The notes below the pieces were generated by a model, which made no database searches, was not told the DNA's origin, and was given only the letters and a program-made list of their open reading frames with translations. Both the position numbers and the translations under genes were made by a program. A DNA stretch of 64,000 nucleotides from Alphaproteobacteria bacterium (lineage in GTDB: Bacteria; Pseudomonadota; Alphaproteobacteria; MPNO01): the NCBI GenBank assembly GCA_964291675.2, contig OZ219866.1, forward strand, positions 2,144,001-2,208,000, given 5' to 3'. The number at the start of each line of letters is the position of its first letter. The first letter of the stretch is position 1. Shown piece after piece: positions 57,010 through 64,000 of this stretch.

Positions 57010-58037
57010 GCCGCCCCGCTCCCGGCCGCCGCCGGGTCCCGCTCGCGGCGCCGCAGCCGCGCGCGCAGCCTGGGTCCCAGGCTCTCCAGCCCGTCCGGCA
57101 GATAGAGCACCGACAGGATCAGGATGGCGCCGTAGATCAGCGGCCGGACCGTGTCCATGCCGAGCCCGCGCAGCACGATCTCGTTGATCACGGTCAGCAC
57201 CACGACGCCGAGGATCGGGCCGTGCAGGGTCGCGGTGCCGCCGACGATCGCCCAGACCAGGACATAGACCATCTGGTCGACGCCGAACCTTGTGGGGTTC
57301 ACCGCCCCGACATAGTGGCCGTAGAGGCCGCCGGCGATCCCGGCGAAGAAGGACGCGATGACGAAGGCAAGCGTCCGGTAGCGGAAGGTGTCGACGCCGA
57401 CGGACTCGGCGAGCCTGTCCTGCCAGTGGATGGCGTGGAAGGTGAGCCCGATGCGCGACCGCTCGATCCGGTAAAGGACGTAGAGCGATGCCGAGACCAC
57501 GATCAGCGCCAGGAAGTAGTAGTTGACCGGCTCGTAGAAATCGATCTCCAGGAAGCCGATATCGATGTCCGGAAAGGCGTCGATCCGCTTCAGCCCCTTG
57601 GGGCCGCCGAACGGGTCGGTGAAGCGCTTCCAGATCAGGCGGATGATCTCGCCGGCCGCAAACGAGCCGATCAGGAAGTAAAACCCCTTCATGCGGAACA
57701 GCGGGAAGCTCAGGATCGCCGCGCCGGCCGCGGCGACCATGCCGCCCGCCAGCATGGAGACCGGCACCGGCACGCCGAGCCGCTTGGTCAGCAACGCGCT
57801 GGCATAGGCGCCGACCCCCATCATGACGACATGGCCGAGCGACCATTCGCCGGTGAGCGTGAGCAGGCGGTAGCTGCACACCAGCAGGACGTTGATCACC
57901 AGCAGGACGGCGATCTCCTGCTGCGAATAGCTCAGCAGATAGGGCAGCGCGGCGAGCGCCGCAAACAGCAGGAGCAGCCGAAGCCTTACCGCCATGCGCC
58001 ACACCGCGTTGCCCGCCGCTTCCGCCCGCTCAGGCAC
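57006..58037 (-). CDS. LivM-type ABC permease
   Basis: GEWSLGH, FGGPKG, AESVGV, VGG...LHGP; start 58037 or 57995. Confidence 0.88.
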   Translation of the reverse strand: MPERAEAAGNAVWRMAVRLRLLLLFAALAALPYLLSYSQQEIAVLLVINVLLVCSYRLLTLTGEWSLGHVVMMGVGAYASALLTKRLGVPVPVSMLAGGMVAAAGAAILSFPLFRMKGFYFLIGSFAAGEIIRLIWKRFTDPFGGPKGLKRIDAFPDIDIGFLEIDFYEPVNYYFLALIVVSASLYVLYRIERSRIGLTFHAIHWQDRLAESVGVDTFRYRTLAFVIASFFAGIAGGLYGHYVGAVNPTRFGVDQMVYVLVWAIVGGTATLHGPILGVVVLTVINEIVLRGLGMDTVRPLIYGAILILSVLYLPDGLESLGPRLRARLRRRERDPAAAGSGAA

Positions 58038-58893
58038 GTTCCTTCGCCCCGAACAGGCCGGTCGGCCGCACCACCAGCACGGCAAGCATCAGCGCGAGGC
58101 CGACGATGTTGGCGATCACCCCGTCGAAGAAGGTGGTCACGAAGGTGTGCACGAAGGCGTAGAGCACGGCTGCGATCACCGCGCCTTCGAGGCTGCCGAT
58201 GCCGCCGACGATGATGATTATGAAGGCGGTGACGATGACCGAATGGCCGATATAGGGGGTGGGGCTGACCAGCGGCGCGGTGAGCGCGCCGGCGACGCCG
58301 GCCAGCGCGGCGCCGATGAACATGGCGATGCGCGCGGTCTGGGTCATCGAGATGCCCTGGAGCGCGGCGGCCTCCGAATCCTGGGCGCAGGCGCGCAGCG
58401 CCCAGCCGAATCTGGTGCGCTTGAGGAAGGCCCACAGCGCGACCAGCAGCAGAACGGCGGCGACGATGACGAGCAGCCGCTGATGGGTCAGGACCGCGCC
58501 GAAGATATCGAGCTTCTCCTGGGTCGGCGGCGGAACGTGGCCCATGCGCCGGCCGAAGCCCAGCACGACCAGGGTCTGCAGGATCAGCAGGAAGCCGATC
58601 GATGCGATCAGCCCGCTCAGCGGGTTGTCCCGCAGCGGCCGGAACATCGCGCGTTCCATGAACAGGCCGACGAGACCGACGAACACCAGACCCGCGGCGA
58701 CCGCGGGCAGAAAGGGGAAGCTCTCCTGGGCGTAGAGATACACCACGCAATAGGCGCCCAGCATGTAGAGCTCGCCATGGGCGAAGTTGATCACCCCCAT
58801 GACGCCGAAGATCATCACCAGCCCGACCGCGATCAGCGACATGTAGCTGGCGGCATACATGGCGTTGATGGCGGTCTGCCACAGCAGATCCAT
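58030..58893 (-). CDS. LivH-type ABC permease
   Basis: GVINFAHGE, GWALRA, AALQGI, GGIGSLEGA. Confidence 0.9.
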   Translation of the reverse strand: MDLLWQTAINAMYAASYMSLIAVGLVMIFGVMGVINFAHGELYMLGAYCVVYLYAQESFPFLPAVAAGLVFVGLVGLFMERAMFRPLRDNPLSGLIASIGFLLILQTLVVLGFGRRMGHVPPPTQEKLDIFGAVLTHQRLLVIVAAVLLLVALWAFLKRTRFGWALRACAQDSEAAALQGISMTQTARIAMFIGAALAGVAGALTAPLVSPTPYIGHSVIVTAFIIIIVGGIGSLEGAVIAAVLYAFVHTFVTTFFDGVIANIVGLALMLAVLVVRPTGLFGAKERA

Positions 58894-58928
58894 CGGGCAG
58901 CCTCAAACGCTGTGGCGGAGAAACGGAA

Positions 58929-58955
58929 CCGGGGCCGGGCAGAGCCCGGCCCCGG
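58929..58955 (-). terminator. 12-bp stem hairpin after the binding-protein gene (attenuator/mRNA stabiliser)
   Basis: CCGGGGCCGGGC-AGA-GCCCGGCCCCGG, followed by TTCCGTTT on the minus strand. Confidence 0.65.
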
Positions 58956-59003
58956 CAGCCGATCCAGGCGCGGCGGCGATGCCGCGCGGATTGCGTCGCC
59001 GGA

Positions 59004-60311
59004 TCAGCGCTGGTTCCACATCTGGCCCAGCGCGGTCATGTGCTTGATCATCAGCTTGCTGTGCTTCGCCCACCAGGCGGGGATGGACTTGAAGGCCTTG
59101 ATCCGCGCCTTGCCGTCCTCGATGACCACGACCGGCCAGTTGCCGACCAGGGCGTTGTCGATGCCGAACAGCTCCTTGCCCCACCACTTGGCGTCGCCGA
59201 AGGCGTGCTTGCCGGTGCCGTCGGCCTTCATCGCTTTCAGGACCGGGCCGGGCTCGGCGCTGCCCGCCTTGGTGGCGGCATCGGCCCACAGATCCATGAT
59301 CGAGGCGTATTCCCAGGAGACGGCGCTCCATTCCGCGGCGCCGAAGCGCTTGGCGTATTCGGCGTAGAACTCGTTCGGCTTGACGAAATTCACGTCCTTG
59401 CTGTTCAGCGCCGGGTCGTCGAAATCCGGGAACTGGAAGATGAAGCCTTCCATGAACTCCTTGGACGTCTTCTCGATGATCTTCTGGTAGAAGTCGGCTG
59501 TGCAGGAGATGATCTGCCCCTTGTAGCCCTGCTGGAACGCCTGTTCGCAAAGCGGGTGGACATAGTCGGCGTAGCAGGTGTCCAGGCACAGGATGTCCGG
59601 CTTCTTGGCCAGCAGCTTGGTCATCACCGGCGCGAAATCGGTGGTCGCCGGATCGAAGAACTCCGGCTTGTCGACCATCTCGATCCCGGCCGCCTCGAAG
59701 GCTGCCAGGTAGGTCGCCACCGAAGGCTTGCCGAGCGCGTCGTCCTGCGCGCAGATCGCCGCGGTCTTCAGGTCCTTCTTGTTCTCCGCCAGCCATTCGA
59801 CCCCGGTCACGTTGTAGATCGGATGCACCTCGCACGGCGCGAGCAGGGTCTTGGTCTCCGGCGACAGGTCGCTCGGCAGCAGCGTCGAGAACAGCATGCC
59901 CTCGCGTTCGGCGATCTTCTGCACGCCCGGCCAGGTGTCGCCCCCCAGCATCATGACGAACTTGACGCCGTCCTCCTTGATCAGCTTGGTGGCGCCGGTA
60001 CGCGCCTTGGCGGGGTCGTATTCGTTGTCGTAGCCGACGAATTCGATCTTGTGCGACTTGTCGCCGATCTTGACACCGCCCTTGGCGTTGACCCAGTCGG
60101 CCCAGATCAGGCAGCCATCGAGGCCGGGCTTGCCCCACGCCGCCACCGGCCCGGTGAGCGGCGCGAGGAATCCGATCTTGATGGTCGCGTCCGCGGCGAA
60201 GGACACGCGGGGAAAGCCCGCCCCCATCGCCGCCAGCGCCGCTCCGGAAGCCGCCGAAGTGCCGAGGAATTTCCGCCTGCTGATCTTTCCGTCGAGTGAC
60301 TTGCGAGACAT
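59004..60311 (-). CDS. Liv/HAAT-family ABC substrate-binding protein with Tat signal
   Basis: SRRKFLG Tat motif, IKIGFLAPLTG, VNAKGGV, TTDFAP; GGGAGG RBS. Confidence 0.9.
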   Translation of the reverse strand: MSRKSLDGKISRRKFLGTSAASGAALAAMGAGFPRVSFAADATIKIGFLAPLTGPVAAWGKPGLDGCLIWADWVNAKGGVKIGDKSHKIEFVGYDNEYDPAKARTGATKLIKEDGVKFVMMLGGDTWPGVQKIAEREGMLFSTLLPSDLSPETKTLLAPCEVHPIYNVTGVEWLAENKKDLKTAAICAQDDALGKPSVATYLAAFEAAGIEMVDKPEFFDPATTDFAPVMTKLLAKKPDILCLDTCYADYVHPLCEQAFQQGYKGQIISCTADFYQKIIEKTSKEFMEGFIFQFPDFDDPALNSKDVNFVKPNEFYAEYAKRFGAAEWSAVSWEYASIMDLWADAATKAGSAEPGPVLKAMKADGTGKHAFGDAKWWGKELFGIDNALVGNWPVVVIEDGKARIKAFKSIPAWWAKHSKLMIKHMTALGQMWNQR

Positions 60312-60439
60312 CCGTGCCTCCCTCCATTGATCCGCCGGCGTCCGTCGCCGGGCGGCGTTCCCGAGGGACCGAGCGCCCATCCGGCGGCGCCGCAATAGGC
60401 CCGCGCAACCGGAACCGGGGGTCGACCCATGAGCACCAA

Positions 60440-60659
60440 ACCAATTCGGACCAATTCGCGCGACCGAGAATCTCGATTGGCGCGATTGCGGTCGAACCCC
60501 TACAGCATGCCAAACCGGGGGCAAGATGCAAGGAAAATATGCATTATTGGCGCCATGCAACCGGACTTCGTTCGCCCCGCCGGGGTCGGACAGACGATGG
60601 AAATCCAGACCGCGTTGGGATATAGTGGTATGCGGTGGTGCAGATTGGTGTAGATTGGA
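60440..60659. promoter_or_regulatory. ACCAAT/ATTGGT repeats between the divergent ABC operon and tmm
   Basis: ACCAAT 60440 and 60450; ATTGG 60476 and 60546; ATTGGT 60644, ATTGGA 60654. Confidence 0.65.
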
Positions 60660-60737
60660 TTCCGCCGCCGAAGGGGATTGGACGATGCCGGCGACTCGGA
60701 GCGATGCGGACCGCCGGCCAGGACGGGGAGCGAGAAC

Positions 60738-62081
60738 ATGGCCAAACGGGTTGCGGTGATCGGCGCGGGGCCGTCCGGCCTGGCCCAGCTGCGGGCGTTC
60801 CACTCGGCGGCGGCCGGCGGGGCGGAGATTCCGGAGATCGTCTGCTTTGAGAAACAGGCCGACTGGGGCGGGCTGTGGAACTACACGTGGCGGACAGGGC
60901 TCGACGAATACGGCGAGCCGGTGCATTGCTCGATGTACCGTTACCTGTGGTCGAACGGCCCCAAGGAAGGGCTCGAGTTCGCCGACTATTCCTTCGAGGA
61001 GCATTTCGGCAGGCAGATCGCCTCCTACCCGCCGCGCGAGGTCCTGTTCGACTACATCGCCGGCCGGGCCAGGCAGGCCGGCGTGCGCGACCGGATCCGG
61101 TTCCTCACCCCGGTCCGGCGGGTCTCCTACGATTCCGGCTCCGGGCAATTCCGGGTCATCGCCCACGACCTGGCGAACGACCGGGAATACGGCGAGGATT
61201 TCGACCATGTCATCGTCGCGACGGGTCATTTCTCGACCCCCAACGTGCCGCATTTCGACGGTCTCGACGCGTTCAACGGCCGGGTCATGCACGCCCACGA
61301 TTTTCGCGACGCCGTCGAGTTCAAGGACAAGGACATCCTGATCATCGGCACCAGCTACTCGGCCGAGGATATCGGCTCGCAGTGCTGGAAGTACGGCTGC
61401 AAGTCGGTCACCGCCAGCCACCGCACCGCGCCGATGGGCTATGACTGGCCGGACAACTGGAAGGAGGTGCCGCTGCTGCAGAGGGTCGCGGGCAACACCT
61501 GCACCTTCAAGGACGGCTCGACGGCCGATGTCGACGCCATCATCCTGTGCACCGGCTATCTGCACCACTTTCCCTTCATGGCGCCGGAGCTGTGCCTCAA
61601 GACGGCCAACCGGCTGGCGACCGCGGATCTCTACAAGGGCGTGGTCTGGGTCGACAATCCGCGGCTGTTCTATCTCGGCATGCAGGACCAGTGGTACACC
61701 TTCAGCATGTTCGACGCCCAGGCCTGGTATGTCCGCGACATCGTGCTCGGCCGGATCGCGGTGCCCGACCGCGCGGCCCGCGCCGCCGACGTCGCCGACC
61801 GGGAGGCCCGGGAAGACGCCATCGAGGACGACTATGCCGCGATCCGCTACCAGGGCGACTATATCCGCGAGCTGATCGCGGACACCGATTACCCGAGCTT
61901 CGACGTCGACCGCACCGACGAGGCGTTCTTCGAGTGGAAGAAGTTCAAGAAGCAGGGGATCATGTCGTATCGCGACCACGGCCATCGCTCGGCCATGACC
62001 GGCACCGACGCCCCGGTCCACCATACGTCCTGGGTCGAGGAGATGGACGATTCGATGGAGAGCTATCTGCGGGACGGATAG
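60738..62081 (+). CDS. tmm: trimethylamine monooxygenase (bacterial FMO)
   Basis: [58 protein letters not shown]. Confidence 0.95.
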   Translation: MAKRVAVIGAGPSGLAQLRAFHSAAAGGAEIPEIVCFEKQADWGGLWNYTWRTGLDEYGEPVHCSMYRYLWSNGPKEGLEFADYSFEEHFGRQIASYPPREVLFDYIAGRARQAGVRDRIRFLTPVRRVSYDSGSGQFRVIAHDLANDREYGEDFDHVIVATGHFSTPNVPHFDGLDAFNGRVMHAHDFRDAVEFKDKDILIIGTSYSAEDIGSQCWKYGCKSVTASHRTAPMGYDWPDNWKEVPLLQRVAGNTCTFKDGSTADVDAIILCTGYLHHFPFMAPELCLKTANRLATADLYKGVVWVDNPRLFYLGMQDQWYTFSMFDAQAWYVRDIVLGRIAVPDRAARAADVADREAREDAIEDDYAAIRYQGDYIRELIADTDYPSFDVDRTDEAFFEWKKFKKQGIMSYRDHGHRSAMTGTDAPVHHTSWVEEMDDSMESYLRDG

Positions 62082-62100
62082 AGGAACCCCTTCCCCGACC

Positions 62101-62835
62101 ATGCGGGCTTCGCCGGCGGAATGGGAGTGGGACGCCCTCTCGGCCGCCGCGCTGGAGGCCTATCGCGCGGCGCGGCGCGAGGAAGCGGTGCATTTGTGGC
62201 GGCGCGCGGGCGCGCTCGCGCAGGATTTTCCGGTCGGCGACCCGCGCCGCGCGGCCAGCGAGAACAACGGCGCGCTGGCCTTGCTGATCGACCACGATCA
62301 CGACGGCGCCGCCCGGGCGCTGTCGTCCGCGCTCGCTTCGTGGGACGGGGCGCTCGCGTGGACGCGCGGCATGTCGGTCGCGGCCGTCGCCCGCAGCTCG
62401 CTCTTTCACCAGCGCCTGGAGCAGCGCCATGTCGAGACCTATGGCGACGTCCGGCGCGCGCGGCACCGCGAATTCCTGAGCGGCGCGGCCGCGCTGACCC
62501 GCTTCAACCTCGCCATCGCCGATCTCTTCCTGGACCGGGACGACACGGCCGACCGCCTGCTCGAAACCGCCCTCGCCGAACGCGAGCGGGCGTTCGGGCC
62601 GAACAACGGGGAGGTCGCCGAGATCGCGCGCGTGCTGTCGGGCCGGGCCGACGCCGCCGGGGACGATGCCCGGATGGAGGCCTACGACGCCAGGGTCCGG
62701 GGCGCCGTCGAGAACCGGGCCGCCGACGTGCTCGACGCCTGGCGCCGGGAACAGCCGCTGGAGATGAACGATACCCGTCGCCTCCTGGCGGCGGCCTATC
62801 TCACGGCGATCGTGCACGAGCGGGATTTTCTCTAG
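62101..62835 (+). CDS. TPR-like helical hypothetical protein
   Basis: DPRRAASENN, ARSSLFHQRLE; 19 nt after the tmm stop. Confidence 0.7.
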   Translation: MRASPAEWEWDALSAAALEAYRAARREEAVHLWRRAGALAQDFPVGDPRRAASENNGALALLIDHDHDGAARALSSALASWDGALAWTRGMSVAAVARSSLFHQRLEQRHVETYGDVRRARHREFLSGAAALTRFNLAIADLFLDRDDTADRLLETALAERERAFGPNNGEVAEIARVLSGRADAAGDDARMEAYDARVRGAVENRAADVLDAWRREQPLEMNDTRRLLAAAYLTAIVHERDFL

Positions 62836-62870
62836 CGTCCCGGCCCCACCCGGCTCTCCCTGCATCGCCC

Positions 62871-62900
62871 GTGGGCGCCCGGAACGAGTCCGGCCATGAC
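62871..62900. repeat. REP-like palindrome (GTGGGCGCCCGGAACGAGTCCGGCCATGAC)
   Basis: Same CATGAC-ended family as 24942. Confidence 0.55.
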
Positions 62901-62988
62901 GACACAGGGGAGAGGCACAAGACCATGTGTCCCTCCCGGTCGGGAAAGCGGCTTGCCTTGCAGCGGCCCGGAGTGACAGGATTCCGGG

Positions 62989-63855
62989 ATGCCAGCAGGA
63001 AGGAGCTTTGCCGTAGTTTCGCGCCGTCGCTTTCTCGCAGCCTCGACCGCGGCCGCGCTGCTGCCCGCGGCCGCGCGCGCCGCCGGCGCGCCGCTGCCGA
63101 TCTTCGACGCCCATATCCATTTCAGCCACGACGCGGCCGAGCGCATTTCCGCCGGCCAGGCCGTCGCCATTCTGAAGCAGGCGGGGCTGAAGCGGGCGCT
63201 GGTGTCCAGCTCGGGCGACGCCGGTACCCGCGCGCTCCACGCCGCGGCGCCGGCTCTCGTCCTGCCCAGCCTGCGCCCCTACCGCCGGCGCGGCGAGATC
63301 GACCTCTGGGTCGACGATCCGTCGGCGATCGACTTCCTCGAGGACCGTCTAAAACGCTTCAAGTGGGTCGCGGTCGGCGAGTTCCACCTTTACGCCGCGC
63401 AGACCGACAAGGCGGTGCCGCGGCGCATGGTCGAGCTGGCACGGCAGCACAACCTTCTCCTGCACGCCCATTCCGACGCCGGCGCGGTCGACGCGATCTT
63501 CGTCCAATGGCCGGAAGCGCGGGTGCTGTGGGCCCATGCCGGCTTCGTCGATCCGGATATCGTCGGCCCGATGCTCGGCAAGCACGCGAATTTGTGGACC
63601 GATCTCGCCTTCCGCAGCGAACACGCCCATGGCGGCAGGGTCGACGACGACTGGCGCAGCCTGTTCGCCGCCTTCCCGGACCGCGTCATGGTCGGCACCG
63701 ACACTTTTACGCCGGAGCGCTGGCACTATGTCGTCGAGCACGCCGAGTGGACCCGGCGTTGGCTGGCCGACCTGCCGCCCGAGCTCGCGGAAAACATCGC
63801 CTGGCGCAACGGCGAGGCGATGATCCGGCCGCATCTCCGAAACCTCCGAAAATAA
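62989..63855 (+). CDS. Tat-exported amidohydrolase-fold metalloprotein
   Basis: SRRRFL, FDAHIH, VGEFH, LHAH, WAHAG, VGTD. Confidence 0.85.
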   Translation: MPAGRSFAVVSRRRFLAASTAAALLPAAARAAGAPLPIFDAHIHFSHDAAERISAGQAVAILKQAGLKRALVSSSGDAGTRALHAAAPALVLPSLRPYRRRGEIDLWVDDPSAIDFLEDRLKRFKWVAVGEFHLYAAQTDKAVPRRMVELARQHNLLLHAHSDAGAVDAIFVQWPEARVLWAHAGFVDPDIVGPMLGKHANLWTDLAFRSEHAHGGRVDDDWRSLFAAFPDRVMVGTDTFTPERWHYVVEHAEWTRRWLADLPPELAENIAWRNGEAMIRPHLRNLRK

Positions 63856-64000
63856 CCGTGGCCAGGCGGCACCTCGGCGGACCGACTCTGGCGGTCGCGC
63901 TCGTGCTCGCGGCCGGCGGGGCGGCGGCCTGCGACCGTCCGGAGGGCTGGACCGGCGGCGCGAGGATCGCCGGCGAGGTCTGGACGGCATGGTGGCGGTC

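Noticed and set aside
59004-62102. 1032-aa ORF
   Set aside because: The N-terminal part is the antisense shadow of tmm; the binding protein starts at 60311 with an RBS and a Tat motif

Overview
GC-rich (roughly 70% by eye), densely coding bacterial DNA, most likely alphaproteobacterial (inferred from gene content and GTCATG..CATGAC intergenic palindromes). Four blocks. (1) 1-11.5 kb: a + strand catabolic operon with an LLM monooxygenase, two alpha/beta hydrolases, a C-N hydrolase, an amidohydrolase, a GlcG/HbpS protein, LigA/LigB-like dioxygenase subunits, RidA, an ABC importer and a SnoaL/NTF2 protein. (2) 11.5-22.9 kb: cyclodeaminase-family gene, sigma54-preceded TctCBA, a divergent stand-alone urocanase, a TRAP transporter and a UbiD decarboxylase. 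(3) 22.9-30.9 kb: a small toxin-antitoxin islet (HicB-like, PrlF-YhaV), then cyclic amidohydrolase, carbamoylase, TPR protein and deaminase. (4) 31-64 kb: a methylated-amine island with soxBDAG, two GlxA regulators, Amt, an FAD oxidoreductase, mgsABC, a GmaS-like synthetase, a GntR regulator, a MOSC/AzoR/ferredoxin-reductase trio, tdm, a Liv-type ABC importer and tmm. The best leads are in block 4: a Liv-type importer where a TMAO transporter is expected, no dimethylamine monooxygenase in the window, a MOSC N-reductase-like module, and an ACCAAT motif repeated at ~10-bp spacing in three intergenic regions. No rRNA, tRNA or CRISPR array was seen. All functional calls come from motif recognition and recall, not database searches.
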